IMG/VR virus record: IMGVR_UViG_3300028591_000071
DNA: 64,000 nucleotides
Origin: a virus
Lineage: Duplodnaviria > Caudoviricetes
Strand: one strand, 5' to 3'
The notes under the pieces were generated by a model that was given only the letters and a program-made list of their open reading frames with translations, did not search any database and was not told the origin of the DNA. A program made the position numbers and the translations under genes. Below are positions 1 through 7,698 of the stretch, piece by piece (position 1 is the stretch's first letter; each line of letters opens with the position of its first letter).

Positions 1-1
1 G

Positions 2-199
2 AAAGGGAAAGATGACGAAATTTCTGCCATCGGAAAAAACTATGCCTTTGTCATGCAATACAATTCGGCAAAGGGCAAGTACTATGCCTTCATCTACGAT
101 ATGGAAAGCGGAAATTATAAGATGTCAATAGTATCAAGCGACTATAATGCGGTACTGAAGTCCGCTAAGGAACTTGTTGAAAACCTTGAAAAATTTTGA
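2..199 (+). CDS. Partial hypothetical protein (5' end outside window)
   Basis: Open frame from base 2 to TGA at 197-199, read manually. Confidence 0.6.
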   Translation, partial: KGKDDEISAIGKNYAFVMQYNSAKGKYYAFIYDMESGNYKMSIVSSDYNAVLKSAKELVENLEKF

Positions 200-200
200 T

Positions 201-449
201 ATGAAGAAGATTATTTTACTTATTGTCGCGATGTTGGCGTTTTCCGCTTGCGATACAAGCATGATGTATGAGCCTGCAACTAACGAACGCGGGGTTACAG
301 AACAATTGATTTCGTCCGATGTTGCATCAAGTATTACAAAGGTGACGGTAGAGGGGCACGAATACTTTGTGTTTAGGAATAAAGTTTACTGTGGAAGTTC
401 GATTGCCGTCGTTCATTCAGAGTCGTGTCCTTGTCATAATAAAGAATAA
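201..449 (+). CDS. Small lipoprotein
   Basis: ATG at 201; signal peptide MKKIILLIVAMLAFSA-C with lipobox. Confidence 0.75.
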   Translation: MKKIILLIVAMLAFSACDTSMMYEPATNERGVTEQLISSDVASSITKVTVEGHEYFVFRNKVYCGSSIAVVHSESCPCHNKE

Positions 450-450
450 T

Positions 451-732
451 ATGAAGAAGATTTTTGCACTTTTAGCAGCGATTATGCTGTTTGCCTCATG
501 TTCGAAGAAAGACTATGAGGCGACGATAACCTATCGGATTTATTATCCGGGAAATACAGTTACGAGGTCATACACCATGGAGGCCACCGAGCACCCTGGA
601 TACATCTTAGCATCAAACAGAGGTTCAAATTACCTCGTCATCGTGGCAGGAGGTTCTTTCTCCCATCAAGAAAAACTCGAAGACACATCCGCTCCGATTG
701 AAGTTGTGTCTTTCACCAAGAAAAAGAAATAG
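451..732 (+). CDS. Small lipoprotein
   Basis: ATG at 451; MKKIFALLAAIMLFAS-C lipobox. Confidence 0.75.
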   Translation: MKKIFALLAAIMLFASCSKKDYEATITYRIYYPGNTVTRSYTMEATEHPGYILASNRGSNYLVIVAGGSFSHQEKLEDTSAPIEVVSFTKKKK

Positions 733-733
733 T

Positions 734-750
734 TTGGCACGATATTTGCA
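734..750 (+). promoter_or_regulatory. Sigma54-type (-24/-12) promoter
   Basis: TTGGCACG-ATAT-TTGCA matches the RpoN consensus TGGCACG-N4-TTGC; 22 nt upstream of ATG 773. Confidence 0.6.
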
Positions 751-772
751 GTAGTTTAAGAAAATAAAAAAC

Positions 773-1015
773 ATGGAAAAGAACTACATTATCAACGAAA
801 CCCTTATTAGGGAAATGGCTAACGAGGGAAAAAGGATTACCGACGACAACGGTTATGTGTATAGCATCGACAAGGACGAAGATAATGGCTATTTGTATTT
901 AGGTCGTTTTCTCCCTGGCGAAGGGGGGAACTGTCTCCCGTTTGGTAAACGCCTCAACGGAAAAACGATTGAGAAAATGATTGTTTATCTCGAAGACAAT
1001 TGGAATAAGGAGTAG
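773..1015 (+). CDS. Hypothetical protein
   Basis: 80-aa ORF downstream of a promoter motif. Confidence 0.7.
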   Translation: MEKNYIINETLIREMANEGKRITDDNGYVYSIDKDEDNGYLYLGRFLPGEGGNCLPFGKRLNGKTIEKMIVYLEDNWNKE

Positions 1016-1051
1016 GGGAGGTTTAAAAATTAAACTTTCCCAAGTATTTTG

Positions 1052-1059
1052 TATATTTG
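1052..1059 (+). promoter_or_regulatory. Bacteroidetes housekeeping -7 promoter element (TAnnTTTG)
   Basis: TATATTTG; same element at 1179, 2190, 29870, 43314 and 52144, each just upstream of a + strand gene or RNA. Confidence 0.7.
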
Positions 1060-1068
1060 AGGCAGTCG

Positions 1069-1154
1069 AAAACACCACACAGGTTTGAATCCCGTATTGG
1101 CGGTCCCGGCCACTAAAGGGCAACGCCGATTGCAAGGTGATGCAGTGGTGTTTT
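1069..1154 (+). ncRNA. Permuted tRNA-like structured RNA, copy 1
   Basis: Four-way junction: closing stem AAAACACCAC/GTGGTGTTTT, T-arm ACAGG-TTTGAAT-CCCGT, 7-bp stem ATTGGCG/CGCCGAT, D-like arm TGCA-AGGTGA-TGCA; promoter upstream and T-tract downstream. Confidence 0.7.
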
Positions 1155-1190
1155 TTTTGTTTTTATAAGAAGTTTTTATATATTTGTAAC

Positions 1191-1541
1191 ATGAAAGAAG
1201 AAAGTAGACGAAGAATCGCGAGGATGTTCCTCGAAGAAAATTTTGGTAAAAACGGCAGTCTTGCAGTCAATGCCTATGGTTTGTATATTTCAATACCCAA
1301 GCCGTTTGAACTGTACAGGTCTTGGGACAGCATGAAAAAAGATGCCCATGGAAACGAAGCAAGGGCTTTCGAAGTGATGTATGCCCCATATGTCTCTTCT
1401 GCCGAACATAGAATGATAGCAGTATCCGACAACAAAGATGAACTCAATGAAATAGTCAACCAATGTTTTGATAAAGAAAGAATTAAACTTGGTCTTGTTG
1501 AGTTTGAAGAGTATAATGGGTATAAAGTGGCGTATGATTGA
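1191..1541 (+). CDS. Hypothetical protein
   Basis: ATG at 1191 directly after TATATTTG (ORF-track start 1137 lies inside the RNA). Confidence 0.7.
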   Translation: MKEESRRRIARMFLEENFGKNGSLAVNAYGLYISIPKPFELYRSWDSMKKDAHGNEARAFEVMYAPYVSSAEHRMIAVSDNKDELNEIVNQCFDKERIKLGLVEFEEYNGYKVAYD

Positions 1542-2047
1542 TGAAGGACGAAAGGAATTTCATACACTTTTCAGACGGCAGCAGAATGTTTCATGCCTTC
1601 GGCAAAAAAGATGCGTGGTGCGTTTATTACGAGGCCAAAAGTTCAAAGCCGAAAGCAATGTTGGATAGGGAATATTTCAGTGTTCTAAAGTGGATGGCAG
1701 ACACATACGGAAAAGACAAAGTGTATTCCGACTTCGTTTCAATCTATGACACAACTAGTGATTGTTTCGACGAGCGCGTCATAGAACTGATAAAAGAAAA
1801 ATCAAACTCATACAAGGGCGGCGAAGTTCGGGCAGAGAAGTTATTTTGCATCCTATATATGGCAATGGTTTCCGAATACCATTATGTGTCTAAAAGAGGT
1901 GAACCAAGCAAGTTAAACAAGAAGGTGAAGAGACTTGCTGTACATCAGATACTTAATGACGGATATTCAGTGGATGATGCAGCAAATTTTAGTTACAGAA
2001 AAAACCCGGAAAAACTGAACGAGTTATGTAATCAATACGGATTTTAA
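1538..2047 (+). CDS. Hypothetical protein (resembles DUF7004-like proteins found near R-M loci)
   Basis: 169-aa ORF overlapping the upstream stop; family guess from memory of motifs (LYMAMVSE, KRLAVHQIL). Confidence 0.6.
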   Translation: MMKDERNFIHFSDGSRMFHAFGKKDAWCVYYEAKSSKPKAMLDREYFSVLKWMADTYGKDKVYSDFVSIYDTTSDCFDERVIELIKEKSNSYKGGEVRAEKLFCILYMAMVSEYHYVSKRGEPSKLNKKVKRLAVHQILNDGYSVDDAANFSYRKNPEKLNELCNQYGF

Positions 2048-2050
2048 AGT

Positions 2051-2067
2051 TTGGCACGATTTTTGTA
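2051..2067 (+). promoter_or_regulatory. Sigma54-type promoter, second copy
   Basis: TTGGCACG-ATTT-TTGTA; predicted +1 near 2078, just before RNA copy 2. Confidence 0.5.
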
Positions 2068-2080
2068 AGATAAATAGACG

Positions 2081-2166
2081 AAGTTATTACACGGGTTTGA
2101 ATCCCGTATTGGCGGTCCCGGTCACTAAAGGGCAACGCCGATTGCAAGGAGATGCAGTGGTGATTT
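2081..2166 (+). ncRNA. Permuted tRNA-like structured RNA, copy 2
   Basis: Near-identical core to 1069-1154; perfect T-stem ACGGG/CCCGT; closing stem AAGTTATTAC/GTGGTGATTT maintained by G-U pairs. Confidence 0.7.
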
Positions 2167-2375
2167 TTTGTTTTTTGAAAAGAAGTTTGTATATTTGAAT
2201 CGTGGGAACTATTTATAGAACACACAACAGAACATAATATTCTTACAGAGGTGAAGGGCTGCAAGAATAATACATATTAGAAATCCAGCGGATTGCAGTC
2301 ATAGTGCCCACCCTTCACTTTATGGTACGCCGATTGCGAGCCGCTTTTTTATGAGAATTATTAACATTTGAAAAT

Positions 2376-3725
2376 ATGGATACACCAAAAAAACCCAACA
2401 TTAAAAATTTGCCCGAAGGATATGATATTAGATGGAATCCTGCCACATCAAAGTGGCAAATGTATTGCATTAAAGGGTTCTCCGAAAGGTATTTGTCTAA
2501 AAACAAAAATAAATTCATACCAAAGCCATCCATAGCAAAAACAAAAGTTGGAGGAAAGAAGGGAAAAAACGAAAGTATGCTGGACGCCAAGCGAATTGGC
2601 TACGATGAGTTTTATACAAGAAAAGAAGATATTGCTGAAGAAGTTACACAATACAAAGATTATTTTAGGGGTAAAACGGTCTATTGTCCATGCGACAAAG
2701 CATATAATCTTGGAATGAGCAATTTTTTTGTTTTCTTTGCAACATATTTCAAAGAACTAGGCATTGAAAAGTTGATATGTACGCAATACAACCCAGAAGG
2801 GCACGGAACTGTGAAATCAATAACAGCATGCACGGTGTCTGAATTAGAAAGTAGAGGTATAAAATGGGAGTGGCACGGAGAAAATGGCGGAGATAAGCTA
2901 CCAGATGAGAGTGAAATACCAATTGATTTTCTTATGGGGGATGGCTCATTTGATTCCGAAGAATGCAAAAAAATAATGCTCGGCGAAAGTGGCGATGGGA
3001 AAAATGTTATAGTTTGTACGAATCCACCGTTCAGCAAGTGGAAAGAGTTCATAAAACAGGTTATGGACTGCGGATGCGGTTTTCTTGTTCTTTCTAATCA
3101 GAATGCAATTACATATAAAGAAACATTCCAATATATAAGAGATAATAAAATGTGGATTGGATATAAGCCTCTTGGGAGTGAAATGTTTTTCCATATTACG
3201 GATGAATATAAAGAAGAAATCCGTAAAAAGAAGAAAGAGGGCAGTGGATGGAAAGTCATTAACGGAGAAATAATGGCGAGAGTTGCCGTTGCTTGTTGGT
3301 TTACAAACCTTTCAAACGAAAAAAGGGCCAATGAACTGTATTTGTCAGAAACATATAAGGATAACGAAGAAAAGTATCCGAATGTCGTTAATATGGCAAA
3401 CTGTATAGACATTGGGCATTGGAAAAAGAACGGAAAATGGGAAGGCAAATTGGATATGATTCCTAAAGATTATCCATACACTATGGCGGTCCCTATTACA
3501 TTTCTCGGTAAATATAACCCTGAACAATTTGAAATTGTTGGTTGTCCAGACGCTGATGTTCTGCCAGAAGGATGGAATGGTATGCCACAGTGGTTTATTG
3601 ATGCTTATTATAAGCAGGGAAACACTGGTTCTTATAAGGAAGGGAATCGCTTGGATGCTTTTGTTAAAGACGGGAAGGCGGTTGTCGCCTTCAAAAGACT
3701 TTTGATTAAACACAAGAAAATTTAA
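2376..3725 (+). CDS. Adenine-specific DNA methyltransferase, M.EcoRI-like family
   Basis: DEFYT, VYCPCD, GDGSFDS and catalytic NPPFS motifs. Confidence 0.85.
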   Translation: MDTPKKPNIKNLPEGYDIRWNPATSKWQMYCIKGFSERYLSKNKNKFIPKPSIAKTKVGGKKGKNESMLDAKRIGYDEFYTRKEDIAEEVTQYKDYFRGKTVYCPCDKAYNLGMSNFFVFFATYFKELGIEKLICTQYNPEGHGTVKSITACTVSELESRGIKWEWHGENGGDKLPDESEIPIDFLMGDGSFDSEECKKIMLGESGDGKNVIVCTNPPFSKWKEFIKQVMDCGCGFLVLSNQNAITYKETFQYIRDNKMWIGYKPLGSEMFFHITDEYKEEIRKKKKEGSGWKVINGEIMARVAVACWFTNLSNEKRANELYLSETYKDNEEKYPNVVNMANCIDIGHWKKNGKWEGKLDMIPKDYPYTMAVPITFLGKYNPEQFEIVGCPDADVLPEGWNGMPQWFIDAYYKQGNTGSYKEGNRLDAFVKDGKAVVAFKRLLIKHKKI

Positions 3726-3744
3726 CTTATAATATTAGTTTATC

Positions 3745-5172
3745 ATGGGAAAAGAAAATTTTAGAATTCAATTAGATGCTGAATGCGTTGCAAATCCGTT
3801 GGATATTCACGAAGAGACATTTACTCTCAGACAATTAAAAGAAGGGTATTTTGACAACTCCAAAAAATTATCTGGCGAGGTTGTTGCTATGGCTGGCAAG
3901 CTTAATGTACGGCCTAAGTTTCAGAGAGCGTATGTGGTAGAGGCAGATAAGGTGTGGAAGGCGAAACTCATAAACTCCGTGCTAAATCACAGGCCAATTG
4001 GCCTGATTTATTTTGGGGTAGTGAAAGATAAAAAATCCCCATATCTATACATTAACATTGATGGGCAGCAGAGGATTATCACTATTTGTGATTTTATTCA
4101 AGATGTTGGAGCAACTGCAATGCCATTCACAATTAAGGGTGTTGATAAAACTCTTTTTTTCAAGGAACTTCCACAATATTATCAAGACAGAATTCTTGAT
4201 TACGAACTGAAAGTTCAAATTTGTGAAGGCAGCGAGGAAGAAATTTACGAGTGGTTTGAAACAATAAATCAAAAAGCAACAATTCTTGTTCCACAAGAAC
4301 TTAGAAATGTTGCCTACGGTGGTCAATGGCTTGAAGATGCTAAATTTTATTTTTCCGCGACACGCTCAAGTGACAAAAAGGAAATAAATGACAGAAAAAG
4401 CCGTTATTATGGGCCTCTTTATAAAAGTAATGTTGACCCAGTTCGTCAGGAATGCCTTGAAATGGCATTAGATTGGGCTTCTTTTAAGGAAGCCTACGAT
4501 GACGCATTATTGGAAAATCCAGAAACGCCAAAAGAAAAGATTGCAGAAGAAATTGAGAAGAAAGCAAGTGAAGATGCGAGAATCAGGCTTTACATGTTAA
4601 ACCACAAAGACGATGAAGATGCATCTGAACTGATTTCCTCGTACAAGGAAAGAATTGATTGGATTCACGATGTGTTTTTCCACAATGGAATATATTCTCC
4701 TCAGACAATAAAGAGTCAGCCTTGGGGTAGGATATATGCTATGTATTCAGATATGGACCTTTCGGAAGAGGATAAATCACGAATTTCAAATAGATGCAAA
4801 GTTATTTGTGGTGGGGGTTCTGAACTATACAATAAGTCAACTGGTGTTTACGAATGGGTTCTTCGTGGCGAAAAGGATGAAGAAATTAAGACATATTTGC
4901 AGTACCGTGGATTTGAAGAGAAGGATAGGCGCAACATGTGGGAACAGCAGGGGCATAGAGACCCAATTGACGGAAAAGAATATCCGTTTGAAGAAATGGA
5001 TGGACACCATATCATTTCTTGGAAAGACGGAGGACCAACAGATACGGGAAATCTAGTAATGCTTTCCAAAAATAATCATCAAAAATTGCACAGAGGATTT
5101 TATGGAATACCCCCATCCGAACTAAGGGTTAAAAGGGATGAATACATTAAAGAATATTACTCTAAAAAATAG
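3745..5172 (+). CDS. DUF262 (ParB-like, GmrS-type) plus C-terminal HNH nuclease
   Basis: RPKFQRAYV, IDGQQR, FETIN motifs; DGHHIISW..GG.T...NL.ML....H HNH motif. Confidence 0.85.
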   Translation: MGKENFRIQLDAECVANPLDIHEETFTLRQLKEGYFDNSKKLSGEVVAMAGKLNVRPKFQRAYVVEADKVWKAKLINSVLNHRPIGLIYFGVVKDKKSPYLYINIDGQQRIITICDFIQDVGATAMPFTIKGVDKTLFFKELPQYYQDRILDYELKVQICEGSEEEIYEWFETINQKATILVPQELRNVAYGGQWLEDAKFYFSATRSSDKKEINDRKSRYYGPLYKSNVDPVRQECLEMALDWASFKEAYDDALLENPETPKEKIAEEIEKKASEDARIRLYMLNHKDDEDASELISSYKERIDWIHDVFFHNGIYSPQTIKSQPWGRIYAMYSDMDLSEEDKSRISNRCKVICGGGSELYNKSTGVYEWVLRGEKDEEIKTYLQYRGFEEKDRRNMWEQQGHRDPIDGKEYPFEEMDGHHIISWKDGGPTDTGNLVMLSKNNHQKLHRGFYGIPPSELRVKRDEYIKEYYSKK

Positions 5173-5202
5173 ATGCAATCGCGTCGAAAGAACCAAAGAA
5201 AG

Positions 5203-5236
5203 GAGAAAACGCATCCTAACAAGGGTGCGTTTTCTC
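5203..5236 (+). terminator. Intrinsic terminator-like hairpin
   Basis: GAGAAAACGCATCC/GGGTGCGTTTTCTC stem after the nuclease gene. Confidence 0.6.
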
Positions 5237-5359
5237 GTTCTTGACAACTTTCTAAGAATCGCTATATTTATTATAGTACAGCATCCACCTAACCCGCATG
5301 GATGCGAAGGTAGGAAGACGGGTTACCTTAATAAAACAAACTAAAATAATTCCAAAGTT

Positions 5360-6736
5360 ATGGAAAACAATTTCTATTCGGGGCTCTCCCGAACATTTGA
5401 GGCGTACTTTCCGCAAGTCAAAGAAAGTGTAAAACAAACAATTGAATTCTTCAACGCCGAAACATTCGTATTACCAACACCAAAAGTAGATGACGAACAG
5501 TCAGCATTCGTATCGGACTATATTCCAAGAAGAAATGGCCGAAAGAAACATGTGTCTAAATTAGTGGGCAAATTCACTATTGAGGACGGGGATGAGGAAA
5601 ACATCTTGCCAAAACTCAAGTACGAAGTCCAATCAGGATGCGGTAAAAACCCGACATTTTATCTTGTAACAACGCCATTAGACGATGTAATCTACATCGG
5701 AACAACGGAGACGGGTAAAAGAAAAAAATCAGTGTCGGCATCAACGCTTACAGGTGGGCTTCTCCCACAACATGAAAACAGGCATGCGTATTGTGCCTAT
5801 CTTGGAATCATGTCGGTCGTAAAGAAATTTGGCCACGCACTCGTCTACGAAGTTGATACGCAGTACAGCAACACATTTTTAGACCAATATGGCTGCAAAA
5901 CCAAGATTTACCCGACGAACATCATCATCGACAATATCATCAACGAACTTTACGATGCTGCAGAACGCAACGGTAGTCTTATGATTTCATCAATGCCCGG
6001 ATGTGATGAAGAAACATCCGTTCAGGCTAAGACATCAATCTCCATTTGGAATAGCGTAAAGGCATTCTTCAATATGTACAAAAATGGGGCGTTAAATGTT
6101 AAAGGCAATCCATCAAACGGCGAAGAGATAAAGGTAGCAGTAATTGGAGACTATATGTCAATGGAGTTTTCAACCAATTTCAGCAAAAAAATACAGAGAA
6201 TGCGGAAAGAAAATGAGGAAGATAAAATAAATAACTTAATATCTGAAAAAGTAATTGGGCTATGTAACCCGAGTCGGGACAATGATAAATTTGCATTGAC
6301 AGATTGTAAAAAATCATTGATGCCATTTGCACCAATCGGACCGGAAAAAGAAATGGACGAAAATATAGGTGAAAAATACGGCAAAGAAACCAGAGATTAT
6401 GAATCAAAGATATACGCTATTATAAAGAAAAAATTTATAGCGTCCTATCTGAACATTGGTTGTGACATTCCGTTCAAAAATGAGGACAGTTATTCATCAA
6501 GTAGAGCAATAGTAACGTCACAAAAGAATAATAGCATGATTATTTTGTCGTTTAAAGGAGCTGAAGACCTATCATCCAAATCCGTCAATGAAATTGTAAG
6601 AGAAACAGAATTATTCTTAGGAATATGTATTCCCGACGCAAAAATAGTTGTTGATACAGCAATCACAATGGATGAGATAATTGCAATTGAAAACAAATTT
6701 AACTATGATGGATTAGGGCGACTTAAAATGAGATAA
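5360..6736 (+). CDS. Hypothetical protein
   Basis: 458-aa ORF with its own promoter region and structured leader; no motif recognised. Confidence 0.8.
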   Translation: MENNFYSGLSRTFEAYFPQVKESVKQTIEFFNAETFVLPTPKVDDEQSAFVSDYIPRRNGRKKHVSKLVGKFTIEDGDEENILPKLKYEVQSGCGKNPTFYLVTTPLDDVIYIGTTETGKRKKSVSASTLTGGLLPQHENRHAYCAYLGIMSVVKKFGHALVYEVDTQYSNTFLDQYGCKTKIYPTNIIIDNIINELYDAAERNGSLMISSMPGCDEETSVQAKTSISIWNSVKAFFNMYKNGALNVKGNPSNGEEIKVAVIGDYMSMEFSTNFSKKIQRMRKENEEDKINNLISEKVIGLCNPSRDNDKFALTDCKKSLMPFAPIGPEKEMDENIGEKYGKETRDYESKIYAIIKKKFIASYLNIGCDIPFKNEDSYSSSRAIVTSQKNNSMIILSFKGAEDLSSKSVNEIVRETELFLGICIPDAKIVVDTAITMDEIIAIENKFNYDGLGRLKMR

Positions 6737-6739
6737 CAA

Positions 6740-6780
6740 AAAAGCGTGACTCTCAATGAGCCACGCTTTCTTTTTCTTTT
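6740..6780. terminator. Bidirectional terminator
   Basis: AAAGCGTG...CACGCTTT hairpin with A and T tracts between convergent genes. Confidence 0.6.
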
Positions 6781-6813
6781 ACAGATATTGCTTAGCCTCT
6801 GAGATTAACAAGA

Positions 6814-7335
6814 TTATCCACCAATGGCAGAGTTCATTTCACCTTGGTATTGTTTATTTAACCAATCGGCAATCATCTTATACAAAGCACTTGTAGCATC
6901 AGATTCTTCTTGTACATTATATAAATAATCATATAGTTCTTTCACTTTCATTAAAGTGTCCTCACTTGGGCGTGCCCAAGTTTCACTTAGTATCTTCTTC
7001 ACGCTCTCAGCGACAATCTGCCTGAGAGTATTTTCACTCAATTTTACAGTATTCTCGTTGGTGGATTTTTTGCTGATAATCCTTACATTGTTCTTTCCTT
7101 GACGGCGTAAAGCATCAGCCTTTCTTTCTGCCGCTTCTCTTGTCTTGAATCCCTTATCGCCAACAATACTTCTGTTTGGGCCTTCGCCAATTGTGACAAA
7201 GAAATTCAGGTTTTCATCTTTTGGCCCGACATTTCCCTTCGGGTTTTTTGGGTCAGTAACCCTTTGGAACTTCAGAGCCTCAGCAACAATCTTCCTGATG
7301 GTATTCTCGTTTATCTTTACTACATTCTTTTTCAT
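6814..7335 (-). CDS. Putative head-internal protein with two copies of the helical tag
   Basis: KINENTIRKIVAEAL and KLSENTLRQIVAESVKKILSE; upstream TATTTAT at 7353-7359. Confidence 0.75.
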   Translation of the reverse strand: MKKNVVKINENTIRKIVAEALKFQRVTDPKNPKGNVGPKDENLNFFVTIGEGPNRSIVGDKGFKTREAAERKADALRRQGKNNVRIISKKSTNENTVKLSENTLRQIVAESVKKILSETWARPSEDTLMKVKELYDYLYNVQEESDATSALYKMIADWLNKQYQGEMNSAIGG

Positions 7336-7365
7336 AATAAATCGATTTTCTTATAAATAGTACAA

Positions 7366-7695
7366 TTATTTGATTAACCACATATAATCATTTTCTTCAT
7401 TGTCTTTCTCCAAATCATTGTATCCGTGCCGTTTATACCACGAATACGCGTTGCTTCCTATTTTCGCTTTAAGGCATATTTGCTTACAGCCAAACTTTTC
7501 AGCGATTTTGTCAGCCGTTTCAAGTATTTTATTTCCTAACCCTTCACCACGATGCTCTTTTGACACAAAGACATTTGAAAGGTACAAGGTGCTATGGTCA
7601 TCGTCATAAACATATACGGAAAACCTAAACGACTTATTTTCGCCGTTTATGTTCCAAACCATTCCCCAATCAGTTTTTTCTTTATCTATTGTCAT
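7366..7695 (-). CDS. GNAT acetyltransferase
   Basis: VFVSKEHRGEGLG acetyl-CoA motif; WYKRHGY. Confidence 0.85.
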   Translation of the reverse strand: MTIDKEKTDWGMVWNINGENKSFRFSVYVYDDDHSTLYLSNVFVSKEHRGEGLGNKILETADKIAEKFGCKQICLKAKIGSNAYSWYKRHGYNDLEKDNEENDYMWLIK

Positions 7696-7698
7696 ATT

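Noticed and set aside
1069-2166. Canonical tRNA genes or a CRISPR array
   Set aside because: Arms are in permuted order with no anticodon loop or CCA; only two copies 1 kb apart and no cas genes
5305-5345. preQ1-I riboswitch (hairpin plus AAAACAAACTAA tail)
   Set aside because: The loop lacks the expected preQ1 consensus and no queuosine-related gene follows
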